This document shows, piece after piece, positions 1 through 8,974 of a stretch of 32,000 nt of DNA (position 1 is the stretch's first letter; every line of letters begins with the position of its first letter). The notes beneath the pieces were generated by a model. That model was not told the DNA's origin and searched no databases. It worked only from the letters and a program-made list of their open reading frames with translations. The position numbers were made by a program, and so were the translations under genes. Source of the stretch: Aliivibrio fischeri ES114 (GTDB lineage: Bacteria; Pseudomonadota; Gammaproteobacteria; Enterobacterales; Vibrionaceae); assembly GCF_000011805.1 (NCBI RefSeq), contig NC_006841.2; one strand, written 5' to 3'.

Positions 1-471
1 AACTTGTTAGCTCTTAATGCGGCTATTGAAGCGGCAAGGGCGGGGGAACAAGGGCGTGGATTTGCCGTTGTTGCTGATGAAGTTCGTAAATTGGCGAGTC
101 GTACTCAAGAGAGTACAGCACAAATTCATCAACGAATTGAAGCGCTTAAGTCCGGTTCTGATTCGGCAGTACAAGTGATGGCGGCAAGTAAAAACTTCAG
201 TACATTGACGGTAACTAAAGCGGTCGCTGCATCTGAGTCGTTAAGCCAAATTTTAGTGTCGGTTAATACGATCATGGAAATGAACTCATTAATAGCGACA
301 GCGACCCAAGAGCAGAGTTTGGTTGGTCAAGAGATCTCAGAGCGTATTGTGTCGGTATCCGATCAGAGTTCAGAATCAGCAGATTTAGCGAGTCAAAACC
401 GCTCTGGTGGTATTGTGTTAAACCAAAAAGCCAACGAACTGTCAGAATTAGTTGAGCGTTTTACACTTTAA
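1..471 (+). CDS. Methyl-accepting chemotaxis protein, C-terminal part (5' end outside the window)
   Basis: The frame is open from base 1. The translation contains the conserved MCP signalling core [33 protein letters not shown]. The stop at 469-471 is followed by a hairpin terminator. Confidence 0.9.
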   Translation, partial: NLLALNAAIEAARAGEQGRGFAVVADEVRKLASRTQESTAQIHQRIEALKSGSDSAVQVMAASKNFSTLTVTKAVAASESLSQILVSVNTIMEMNSLIATATQEQSLVGQEISERIVSVSDQSSESADLASQNRSGGIVLNQKANELSELVERFTL

Positions 472-492
472 TCGATACGTAAATTAATACAT

Positions 493-528
493 AAAAGCAC
501 AAGATTGATGAGATCTTGTGCTTTTTTA
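493..528. terminator. Rho-independent terminator between convergent genes (bidirectional)
   Basis: Stem gcacaagat (497-505) pairs with atcttgtgc (513-521). An A-run precedes it and a T-run (522-527) follows. It sits between the MCP stop (471) and the stop of the minus-strand gene (529). Confidence 0.7.
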
Positions 529-1227
529 TTACCATAATTTAAAGGTATCCCAATTACTTAACGCTTCAATACTTGAATCAATTGGAGGTGCTAAAAAAGC
601 TAAAATCACCGTAGCAATTACGAATATTGCAGATAGCGATAAGTTTGAAAAATCAGTCAGTTTTAATGCTGAACCAAATGAGCGTTTAATACGAACATTG
701 GCCAAATCAACACTGTATATTTCGTCTAATAGAAGATGAATGACACCACCACAGAATACAAAAATGCCGGATAACCAAGCAAATAGATCCGCATTTTTAA
801 ATTTGTCATTGATAATAAAAGCGGTTGTGTTTGTGGTTAGTAAGCCGCAAAAGAGCAAAAATAACAATGAATGACATATGCCTCTATGAATCGTTTGCCA
901 CTCGAATACGTTTCGGATCCCATATTTTATAATTAGGTGTATTACAACAGGTAAACCAATTAAAAGCATAAATTGCCTTTCATTAATGGCATCACTCGTA
1001 AAGTAGCGAATACTGAGTAAAACAATACACACAGTAAAAAGATTAAAAATAATATCGAGAGAGGTGGAATTGTCTGAGTCAATATCAGGCAGCAGGCCAC
1101 CAATGGTACCTAAAAACCAAAGCCATAATGCCGTATCAAGATCGATATGGTTAGCGGAAAGAAGTGCTGCAGAGGCGGCACCAGATGTTAATGCGGCGAC
1201 ATTTAAATGTGTGCTGAAATTTGCCAT
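529..1227 (-). CDS. Membrane-bound metal-dependent hydrolase, DUF457/YdjM-like
   Basis: 232-aa polytopic membrane protein carrying the family motifs LLPDIDS, HRGICHSLL and HLLLDE, which parallel LLPDIDH / HRGFTHSLL / HILAD of E. coli YdjM as I recall it. Confidence 0.65.
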   Translation of the reverse strand: MANFSTHLNVAALTSGAASAALLSANHIDLDTALWLWFLGTIGGLLPDIDSDNSTSLDIIFNLFTVCIVLLSIRYFTSDAINERQFMLLIGLPVVIHLIIKYGIRNVFEWQTIHRGICHSLLFLLFCGLLTTNTTAFIINDKFKNADLFAWLSGIFVFCGGVIHLLLDEIYSVDLANVRIKRSFGSALKLTDFSNLSLSAIFVIATVILAFLAPPIDSSIEALSNWDTFKLW

Positions 1228-1283
1228 AGGTTTTCTAAGAATTCTTTTGTAATATGAAGGCTGATTAATTGAGATAAGAAATT

Positions 1284-1454
1284 ATGTTTAAAATATTTGC
1301 ATTACTGTTCATTGCGTTAGGTATCTATATCGGAATGAATTACGGCGATGAAGTTCAAAGTGTTATGGATTCAGATGCCTTTGAGCAAGTACAAGATACT
1401 TTGGTTGATGGAAAAGATCTTGTGATTGAAAAAATTGAAGATGCTGTTCAGTAA
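1284..1454 (+). CDS. Small (56 aa) membrane protein, not in the ORF track (below its length cut-off)
   Basis: ATG at 1284, TAA at 1452-1454. Translation: MFKIFALLFIALGIYIGMNYGDEVQSVMDSDAFEQVQDTLVDGKDLVIEKIEDAVQ. It has one N-terminal hydrophobic helix and an acidic tail. A strong terminator follows at 1481-1519. The RBS is weak (gagataagaa). Confidence 0.45.
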   Translation: MFKIFALLFIALGIYIGMNYGDEVQSVMDSDAFEQVQDTLVDGKDLVIEKIEDAVQ

Positions 1455-1480
1455 TAGTTAGCATGTTCGATGGATAAAAT

Positions 1481-1519
1481 AAAAATCCCCCTTGATAGCA
1501 ATATCGTGGGGGATTTTTG
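1481..1519 (+). terminator. Rho-independent terminator
   Basis: aaaaatccccc (1481-1491) pairs with gggggattttt (1508-1518), so a T-run follows the G/C stem core. Confidence 0.75.
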
Positions 1520-1550
1520 ATTCTATACAAACGAACCATGAAAACAAGAG

Positions 1551-1582
1551 AATAACTGTTTTTATATACAGTTATTTTCTGT
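1551..1582. terminator. AT-rich hairpin, possible terminator of the yiaD-like gene
   Basis: aataactgt (1551-1559) pairs with acagttatt (1568-1576). T-rich tracts lie on both sides, and it is 40 nt downstream of the minus-strand stop at 1620. The stem is weak (only 2 G:C pairs). Confidence 0.35.
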
Positions 1583-1619
1583 TTTGGTTAAATTCATGGC
1601 TAACGATGCGTGAATTAAC

Positions 1620-2288
1620 TTATTTAAGCGGTAAAATTGTGATTTCTACACGGCGGTTACAAGCACGGCCTTGTTTTGTAGAGTTATCACAAACTGGGTA
1701 ACGAGCACCGTAACCACGAGCATTAACTCGACCAGCGGCAACGTCTTGCTTAATTAGGTAGGTACGCACTGAATCAGCACGTTGCTCTGATAGTGTTTGG
1801 TTTTTAGTTGCATTACCAGAACTGTCAGTATGACCGTCAATTTGAAGAGCTGTATCTGGGTATTCAACAAGGATACGTGCAACACCGTTTAATGTGTTGT
1901 AGATACTAGCATCTAATTGGTATGAGCTAGATTGGAAGCCAATACCGTTGTCCATTACTAGTTTAAGTTCGTTTTTGCCTACACGTTCAACTTGAACACC
2001 AGAGCTCTTAAGCTCATTACGTAGTGCTTTTTCTTGTTGGTCGAAGTAGTAACCAACACCACCACCCACAGCACCACCTGCAGCAGCACCAATTAATGCG
2101 TTTTTACGACGCTCTTTTGCGTTATCACCTGTTGCAAGACCAATTGCAACACCTGCAAGTGCACCAGCAAGAACGCCTTTAGTTGCTGAGTTTGTTTCAG
2201 ACTCACCAGTTGTTGCGTTTTGGCGTTGAGTTGCCTGACAGCCAGTTAATGAAATAAGTAATGCAAGCGCAATTGTGATTTTTTTCAT
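1620..2288 (-). CDS. yiaD: OmpA-family outer-membrane lipoprotein with glycine-zipper region (YiaD-like)
   Basis: Lipobox LISLTGC at the N-terminus. Gly-zipper segments GVLAGALAGVAIGLATG and ALIGAAAGGAVGGGVGYYFD. C-terminal OmpA domain DGHTDSSG...SEQRADSV...NRRVEITILP. Confidence 0.8.
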   Translation of the reverse strand: MKKITIALALLISLTGCQATQRQNATTGESETNSATKGVLAGALAGVAIGLATGDNAKERRKNALIGAAAGGAVGGGVGYYFDQQEKALRNELKSSGVQVERVGKNELKLVMDNGIGFQSSSYQLDASIYNTLNGVARILVEYPDTALQIDGHTDSSGNATKNQTLSEQRADSVRTYLIKQDVAAGRVNARGYGARYPVCDNSTKQGRACNRRVEITILPLK

Positions 2289-2400
2289 GTTTTTCTCTAG
2301 TTATGTACATCTGTGGCGCGCAGTTTACTCCTAGATGATCAAAAATCAATGCTTTATATGAAAGGTTATTGACAAAAATACTGATAATAACGTGATAAGT

Positions 2401-2431
2401 GTCACCTTAAATCCAACAGAATTAAGGTGAC
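2401..2431 (-). terminator. Hairpin downstream of the five-gene operon
   Basis: gtcaccttaa (2401-2410) pairs with ttaaggtgac (2422-2431), 9 nt beyond the stop at 2440. There is no clean U-tract on the minus strand. Confidence 0.4.
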
Positions 2432-2439
2432 TGTTAGTA

Positions 2440-3000
2440 TTATTGATCTGCAACTAGAAGCACACTTAATTGATGCTGAGCGGGGTTATAAGAGATCACT
2501 TCACCATTTGGTGTATCAAATGAATAGATAGCATTACCCGTATTTACAGGCGTGCTACTCCATATGTATCCAGCGAGATCACCGACATCGTAGTTAAAAG
2601 CCGAGCCAAACGCTTTTGTATTCATAGCTGGGCTATTACATGCCGCTTCTTTTAAAGATATTAGTTCTTTTATATTTGGCATTCGCCATTTATCAATACC
2701 TGCAAATTTATGTAATCGGTGATTTCCGTTTTCATCATTGATGGAGGCGATCATCGTCAATGCACTTTGCCAAAAGTAGGTTTGAGTTGCACCACGACAC
2801 TCTTTATTTGTGCTATTCCATTGCTTGCCTAATGGGCATCGCATCCAAGTTAATCCGGTTAGGTTATCAATCACAATACCGCTATCTAGGTTGATATAGC
2901 GGTTGTTAGCTGCTGTTCTCGGTAGGTTAGCATTGCATTCTTGGGCAACAACTGTAATTGAAAAAAATGAAATAAATGCGATAAAAAAGATATTTTTCAT
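2440..3000 (-). CDS. Secreted DUF1566 (Lcl C-terminal domain family) protein
   Basis: Signal peptide MKNIFFIAFISFFSITVVAQ. Family hallmarks DNLTGLTWMRC ... W..A ... DKWRMPNIKELISL. Only a 2-nt gap to the upstream gene. Confidence 0.75.
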   Translation of the reverse strand: MKNIFFIAFISFFSITVVAQECNANLPRTAANNRYINLDSGIVIDNLTGLTWMRCPLGKQWNSTNKECRGATQTYFWQSALTMIASINDENGNHRLHKFAGIDKWRMPNIKELISLKEAACNSPAMNTKAFGSAFNYDVGDLAGYIWSSTPVNTGNAIYSFDTPNGEVISYNPAQHQLSVLLVADQ

Positions 3001-3002
3001 GA

Positions 3003-4505
3003 CTAATTGCCTTGTGCTGAAACTAAACGAGCTGGGAACAAATAAGAAGGATCATTTTCGTATTCGGTATTTTTAAATTTTGGTGGTGTTTTACTGGTGT
3101 AAACTTCCACAGTGCTTACACTGCCTTTATTCTCACCTAATAGGTTAATGGTATTAAAGCTTAAAGCACCATCGTTGTTGTAAGGGGTGTATGTACCGTA
3201 GGTCATTGTTTGATGCCATACTCCACCTTCTTCAATGTCAGAGCTACCTATAGGCTGATTAGGAAAGAAATAATGACTTAATCCGTATGTTGCTGAGCTC
3301 GAGTTTGTTTGACGTTCACCAAAATCGATGAGATTGTAGATTTCATGAAATCTTGGTAGTCGCCAATCACTTTTTCCGCATAATTGAATCGAATTAATGT
3401 AGTTAACGTAATCTTTCGTTGTACAAATCTCATCTCCTGCTGTTTTACAAGTTGCAAGAGCCTCATCTTTAGAGAAAGGCGTGACGTCTGCTAGTTCTAA
3501 AGCAAGTTGGCGATTTTTAAATTGAATAGATGACTCATTGGCTGATTTTATCTCCCAAATTAGCCCACTTCGCTCATCAAGAACGCAGCGCCATCGTGAC
3601 GCTGAGTCACCAAGTTTATTTCCGTTCATGTCTAATTTTGTGAATTTAAATCCATTATTTTGTTTTGGATTTCGTTCGATTTTATCAAAACCAAAATCAG
3701 CATCTTGCCCAGGAAAACTTAAAGGGGATGTTTCGACATTATGTTCACTATTTTCATCGGTAAAATAGAGAACAGTTCCAGTGTCGTTTAATGGACTGCC
3801 GCTTAGTGAAATGGCATTTAATTCTTTGATAAAAGTTAATGATTGGGCTTCTGTTAATACAGATGTCACCATATCTACGGGATTATTAATGATATTTGCA
3901 CTTAACAAAGTTAATAATTGTGTTCTGTTTTGGCTTTTAGTGTGTTTCAACAGGGTAATTACATTTTGCTCTAATATAGCCAGATCTGGATCTTGCAAAT
4001 TATCAAGAAGATTTCCACGTAAAGAAATTCCTTTTTCTGATAGTTGTGTGGTAATTATTTCTATCGCTTTTTTAGCTGTCATTCCATTATTTATGTGACC
4101 AGCGATTAATGACGTGATGCCATTGATTTTATTTCCAGTGGATTTTTGTAATCCTGGAGCCACAATATAGGCATTATTAGTCGATGCCGCTATCGCATTG
4201 TCTGCATATGAGTTTACAGATTGAAAGGCGCTTGGTGTTTCTGCTAATAGTGGTAGCGTTACAATATTTTTATTGGTATCTGTAATTGAAAACTTACCTT
4301 GTGCATCTGCTTTTGACGTCGGTTCATTTGCATCACACATTAAATTTTGGTTGATATCAACGCACACCTTACTATTTGGTGCAATGTGTTGAGTTGCGAT
4401 TGTGCCTGAGAGTGTATAACTCGGAACTGAAGTGTCAGGAGAATCTGAGCCTCCACATCCTGTAAGTGCCAAAGTGGTGGCTAAAAGAGTTAATTGATAT
4501 TTCAT
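3003..4505 (-). CDS. Lipoprotein with C-terminal DUF1566 domain (500 aa)
   Basis: I place the start at ATG 4505, giving MKYQLTLLATTLALTGCGGS with lipobox LTGC. The track's upstream extension to 4724 overlaps the preceding gene. The C-terminus has SGLIWEIK ... SDWRLPRFHEIYNLIDF (DUF1566 pattern). Confidence 0.75.
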   Translation of the reverse strand: MKYQLTLLATTLALTGCGGSDSPDTSVPSYTLSGTIATQHIAPNSKVCVDINQNLMCDANEPTSKADAQGKFSITDTNKNIVTLPLLAETPSAFQSVNSYADNAIAASTNNAYIVAPGLQKSTGNKINGITSLIAGHINNGMTAKKAIEIITTQLSEKGISLRGNLLDNLQDPDLAILEQNVITLLKHTKSQNRTQLLTLLSANIINNPVDMVTSVLTEAQSLTFIKELNAISLSGSPLNDTGTVLYFTDENSEHNVETSPLSFPGQDADFGFDKIERNPKQNNGFKFTKLDMNGNKLGDSASRWRCVLDERSGLIWEIKSANESSIQFKNRQLALELADVTPFSKDEALATCKTAGDEICTTKDYVNYINSIQLCGKSDWRLPRFHEIYNLIDFGERQTNSSSATYGLSHYFFPNQPIGSSDIEEGGVWHQTMTYGTYTPYNNDGALSFNTINLLGENKGSVSTVEVYTSKTPPKFKNTEYENDPSYLFPARLVSAQGN

Positions 4506-4533
4506 AGATAGATCTTCTTGTTGTGAGTTAAAA

Positions 4534-6813
4534 TTACAAAAGTAGGTATTGGCGACGTAGCCAAAAGATAAAAAGTAAAAATAAAGTGAATAACGAAATA
4601 CTACCGCCCGAGGTGGATGAACTCGCCGTTGTCGATGCTGTTTGAGACGAGCACTGATAAGAACGAATGTGTCCAACGCCCCATGACAGTAATTTTCCTG
4701 AATGATTAGGACTGAAATCGACAACCTCTAATCGCCATGTACCCCAACTCGATTCCCCTAAGAGTGGAGCAAGGATGTCATCGTGTTGAACGGTAAAATA
4801 GTCACGAAATGTTTTATTTTTTATTTGACGGTGATTGAGTAAATTGACTTTTGTTCCACGGGGTGAAATAAGAGAAATATTTAAATCAATGAAATTATCG
4901 TGTTCAATATTGAGATAAATACCAAAAGTATTATCCACGACACCGTCTCTATTTTTAGCAATAAAATTAATGGTTTGTATACCAGCGATAGGGCGACCAG
5001 AATTATCTGTTGTTGCATCAGGGAGACGAATGTTTAGAGGTTTAAACGGGTTAGAAAAAAGAGGTATCCCTTTTACTAGAGTCGTATTCTCAGACCATTC
5101 TTGCGATAATAAATTCGAGCTAAATTGATATTTAATATTGGTTTCTATATTAAATGACTCTCCACACACCAATCCAGTAGGGTAATCAATATTCATTTCC
5201 ATTTCTTTGAATGGAATGCTGACAATATGTTCAGCTAATTTATTATTAATGAATATGTCACCATCAATAGAAGCTGAGCGTTGCGTTGGTGATAGTATCC
5301 ATTGGATTAAACTGTTAGGAGCAATATAGCGGTGAGCGAATTCTTGCTTGAATGGTTCGAGTATAAGTCCATGCTGATTAAAATGTTTCGTTAAGATCTG
5401 TGCATAGATTTTGTTTGGATAAAGCTGATTAGCCACATACACCATGCTTTCTGCTAAATCGTGCATTTTTAAACCACGACCTAACCCATACATAGACTCT
5501 AAAACAATCGTGTCGAACTCAGTAAATGCATTTTCGCCATAAGTGCTAACACTTTGCTTTAAGGATTGAAATAAAGGGGTAGACCAAAGCTCATCTCCAA
5601 GTTCACCTGCGACGCTTTCGTGCGCACGATATTCAGAACTTTTAAAATAACGGGCTCTTTGGTTCCATAAACTACGAGTGGTATTTTTTGTGCCAAAATA
5701 ACCATCCCAGTTAAAAACAGTATCGATTTCAAATTCTTGACCAGAGCTATTCGCATCCGTGAATTGTTGTCTATAACTGTAACTTCCTGCCCAATAATCG
5801 CCAAAGCCTTCACCTATTGCGCCTGTGTGTCCATAAGCCCAATCAGGAACGATATGATAATGAATAGAATGGCCTAATTCATGTAAAAGAACATCAGCGT
5901 CAAGTGCATCTGGAGAACCACCACCTACGCCAAGCAGCAAGGCTTTAGGGCCGTAATAATAAGTTGAATTATCTGCGATTAATCCTCGAGCATCAAAATC
6001 AATAGGTGCGTTGAAAACAGAAAACCCGAGAGATTGAATGTATTTTGCAGACGCATTTAGATGCGCAAATGCCATCACCTGCGGAAAACGTTGATCATTG
6101 ATTCTTATAGATTTTAATTCTGCTAGAGATGAAAATTTCGCCACGCCTTCTTGAGGAAGAAAACCATTACTATCTTCTGTTCTGGTTGGGTTACTTGATG
6201 TTTTTGGTGTGATTAAACTAATCGCATCAATTTGACGTACTCTTGAATTACTTAAGAAATATTGTCCATTTGCTAATAACACTTCAGCGTTTTTTTTAAC
6301 GTATTGAGGTGGGTTAGGATATTGAGCCAAATCTGTCATTTGTGACGTAGGTTTTGGTGCTCGATCCATTGTTCGTAAATCAGGATCAAAGACCATGAGA
6401 TCTGCAGTGATTACGTTGCCACTGGCTACTGTTGGTGATGTCAGAGAGTTTAACGTTCGTGGTGCTTCAAGCTCTGAGGCCGTTGTTGGTTTACCATTAC
6501 GGATAATAGTATCTTGAAGGCTTTTAAAGACTCTAACAATATGGTTATTTTTATTTGTAGATAGAACAATCGTTTTTTGTTGTTGATATTCACCATCCAC
6601 CCATAGATCAAAGTTATAATGAGCACCAAGTTTAGAGTGCGTCACATAACGCAATTTATATTCACCATGGTTAGGGTAAGTCTGCTGTAAGTAGTTTTTG
6701 GCATCTTGAGCTTGAGATATGGTTATTAATTGATCTGGATAATCCCACTCACCAGCAAGGGTTTGAGTGGAAAACCATAATCCAAACATGAAGTAATAAA
6801 GGTACTTAATCAT
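4534..6813 (-). CDS. Secreted thermolysin-like zinc metalloprotease with proprotein-convertase P-domain and GlyGly-CTERM sorting signal
   Basis: Signal peptide. HELGH at aa 311-315 (nt 5869-5883), with GAIGEGFGD placing Glu335 20 residues after the second His, as in the thermolysin GAINEAISD motif. P-domain-like segment ...LNISLISPRGTKVNLL...WGTWRLEVVD...GKLLSW. C-terminus SSSTSGGSISLFTLFLLFIFWLRRQ. Confidence 0.8.
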   Translation of the reverse strand: MIKYLYYFMFGLWFSTQTLAGEWDYPDQLITISQAQDAKNYLQQTYPNHGEYKLRYVTHSKLGAHYNFDLWVDGEYQQQKTIVLSTNKNNHIVRVFKSLQDTIIRNGKPTTASELEAPRTLNSLTSPTVASGNVITADLMVFDPDLRTMDRAPKPTSQMTDLAQYPNPPQYVKKNAEVLLANGQYFLSNSRVRQIDAISLITPKTSSNPTRTEDSNGFLPQEGVAKFSSLAELKSIRINDQRFPQVMAFAHLNASAKYIQSLGFSVFNAPIDFDARGLIADNSTYYYGPKALLLGVGGGSPDALDADVLLHELGHSIHYHIVPDWAYGHTGAIGEGFGDYWAGSYSYRQQFTDANSSGQEFEIDTVFNWDGYFGTKNTTRSLWNQRARYFKSSEYRAHESVAGELGDELWSTPLFQSLKQSVSTYGENAFTEFDTIVLESMYGLGRGLKMHDLAESMVYVANQLYPNKIYAQILTKHFNQHGLILEPFKQEFAHRYIAPNSLIQWILSPTQRSASIDGDIFINNKLAEHIVSIPFKEMEMNIDYPTGLVCGESFNIETNIKYQFSSNLLSQEWSENTTLVKGIPLFSNPFKPLNIRLPDATTDNSGRPIAGIQTINFIAKNRDGVVDNTFGIYLNIEHDNFIDLNISLISPRGTKVNLLNHRQIKNKTFRDYFTVQHDDILAPLLGESSWGTWRLEVVDFSPNHSGKLLSWGVGHIRSYQCSSQTASTTASSSTSGGSISLFTLFLLFIFWLRRQYLLL

Positions 6814-6822
6814 TTTTATCTC

Positions 6823-8958
6823 TTAAAATACGTATTTAGCGTTTACAGTGAAATAACGTCCAGGTTCAGTGGAATAGCCTTTCGCTGAGTCCATAATTCC
6901 TGCAACATCTTGATAGCGGATGTATTCTTTATCGAATAGATTGATGATGTTTGCGCTGATATTAAAATCTGTGGTGACAGCGTAATTTACGCCAAGATCA
7001 ACCGTTGCCCAGCTTGATGTTGTCGCACATTCTGTTGCCATACCGATATTCGTTGCGCATTGTGGTACTCGATCCATTGAGGATGCCCAATTAAGAGAGC
7101 TGTAGGCTGACAGTTTTTCAAGATCGTAAGTAATACCAACATTTCCTTCTAATGGAGTGATGGTGCGAATGTATTCACCATCGCCATCTTTTCCGTCAAC
7201 ATAACCAATCTTTGAGTTTATTCCCCATTCTTGGGTGAATTGGTGTGCTAGGGTTAATTCAGCTCCATAAGTCTCGACACCACTGATGTTTTGGTATTGC
7301 TTTAAGTAATTCCCGGTAGATGGGTCCATTCCAACTTGTATAACATCGATAAAGTTTTCAAATTTTTGATAAAAAACAGCACCATAGATTTGAGTTTTAC
7401 CAGAATCATATTTAATACCGTGTTCGATAGAATCACTTGTCTCTGCTTCTAAATCCATATTAGGAATGATTAAGAATGGGGTCAGAGGAACAAAGTCATG
7501 GTTGTTATATCCGTATGCTTTATCATAAGCTGGAGCACGATAACCGTGGTTATAGGATAAATACGCGTTGAGTGTATCTGTAAATTGATAGGTCGCAGAA
7601 ACACTAGGAGATAGCTCACTGCTATTTATTTTTTTTACACTAAAACCAGCAATAGAGTCAGAATCGCTAGGGGTTAAGCTGTGCGCATCAAAACGAAGCC
7701 CTCCAGTGATAATCCAATTGTTAACTTCCACCATATCGCGCAAATAAATGCCAAGACTATATGCTCTTGCTGGTGCGAACGGTTGTGTGTGATTTACATT
7801 ATTACCGTTCCAATCAATAGTTGATTTGCTGTTTGGTCTCTCATATTGATTGCTTGTTAAACTTAGACCATAAGCAAGATTATGAACTTGGTTTAATAGA
7901 GTAGCAGAACTTATAAAATCGTTATCAAAACCAATTAATTGATCAGTAAAACTTTGAGCTTTTATTTCTCGGCGTTTTTCTACAATATTATTTCGCTCAC
8001 GCGACATTAATCTATTGATGTCTGAAGATGTTGTGGTATCTCTCCAGTAGAGTTTTGAATTTAATTTCTCAAAGAAAGCATCGTAAGGTGTATATTCAGC
8101 GCCAATATAAGCGTTGATATCTTGAGTATTTTCTTTGTGGTTATAGGTAGATATATGCCAGATACCATCTTTTTGAATAGATGCGGATCCTTCTTCACGT
8201 AACATATCTTCGGTGTAGTATTCAATTTTAGCGGTTAGCATTAGCTCTTCGCCAATGTAGTGATTTACTGTATATGCAGCGTTTACACCATCAACATTAC
8301 GGTTATATAGATCTTGTTGGTAGTTACGGGTTTCTTCACCTTGCCAGTAGGATAAATTAATTAGACTTTCAGTATTTCCAGAGCGAAACGCTAGGTTACT
8401 GCTACCTTTATATTTATTACTTATGCCTGTGTAAGTACCAGAAACATCAGAATAGAAATCGTTACCTTTTAAATAGTCTTCAGGTTGTTTCGTTTCAATA
8501 ATAACAACACCACCAATAGCGCCTGAACCATGAACTGAAGAGCTGGCACCTTTTACAACTTCAATTGATTTTACGTTTGATAGATCAAACGAATTACGGC
8601 CAACTTTGTCATTAATATCTGAAGCGCCGTAACCATCGGAAGATTTAATTCCGTCTTTTACAATAACAATACGATTCCCTGTCATTCCTCGAATTGTTAT
8701 ATTTTGCGGGCGACCAGCGCCACCAGTAACACTGACTCCTGCTTCTTTATTGAGAGAGTCGTATAATTCTGTTGTTCCTTTTGTTTCTAGGTCATCGCCA
8801 TTGATAACAGTAATAGACCCTGCAACTTTTGATAAGGGTTGTTCTACTTTGTTAGCTGTAACGACAACTTCATCAAATTGTGTAACCTCAGAATTAGCGT
8901 GTACGAAGTTGGCAGTCAGTACGCTAAGTACTGCCGCTGTTATTGGTGAAAGCTTCAT
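6823..8958 (-). CDS. TonB-dependent outer-membrane receptor
   Basis: Signal peptide, TonB box DEVVVTA, plug motifs ITIRGM / IVKDG / IEVVKGASSSVHGSGAIGGVV, and a beta-barrel ending in ...YFTVNAKYVF. GGAG RBS upstream. Confidence 0.9.
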   Translation of the reverse strand: MKLSPITAAVLSVLTANFVHANSEVTQFDEVVVTANKVEQPLSKVAGSITVINGDDLETKGTTELYDSLNKEAGVSVTGGAGRPQNITIRGMTGNRIVIVKDGIKSSDGYGASDINDKVGRNSFDLSNVKSIEVVKGASSSVHGSGAIGGVVIIETKQPEDYLKGNDFYSDVSGTYTGISNKYKGSSNLAFRSGNTESLINLSYWQGEETRNYQQDLYNRNVDGVNAAYTVNHYIGEELMLTAKIEYYTEDMLREEGSASIQKDGIWHISTYNHKENTQDINAYIGAEYTPYDAFFEKLNSKLYWRDTTTSSDINRLMSRERNNIVEKRREIKAQSFTDQLIGFDNDFISSATLLNQVHNLAYGLSLTSNQYERPNSKSTIDWNGNNVNHTQPFAPARAYSLGIYLRDMVEVNNWIITGGLRFDAHSLTPSDSDSIAGFSVKKINSSELSPSVSATYQFTDTLNAYLSYNHGYRAPAYDKAYGYNNHDFVPLTPFLIIPNMDLEAETSDSIEHGIKYDSGKTQIYGAVFYQKFENFIDVIQVGMDPSTGNYLKQYQNISGVETYGAELTLAHQFTQEWGINSKIGYVDGKDGDGEYIRTITPLEGNVGITYDLEKLSAYSSLNWASSMDRVPQCATNIGMATECATTSSWATVDLGVNYAVTTDFNISANIINLFDKEYIRYQDVAGIMDSAKGYSTEPGRYFTVNAKYVF

Positions 8959-8974
8959 TTGTAGCTCCGCTTTT

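Noticed and set aside
2369-2374. Consensus TTGACA on the plus strand in the 2289-2439 gap
   Set aside because: There is no properly spaced -10 element and no plus-strand gene downstream.
4506-4724. N-terminal 73-aa extension of the track ORF 3003-4724
   Set aside because: It overlaps the 3' end of the metalloprotease gene (its GlyGly-CTERM tail) in another frame. The internal ATG at 4505 gives a canonical lipoprotein signal (LTGC), so the extension is most likely not translated.
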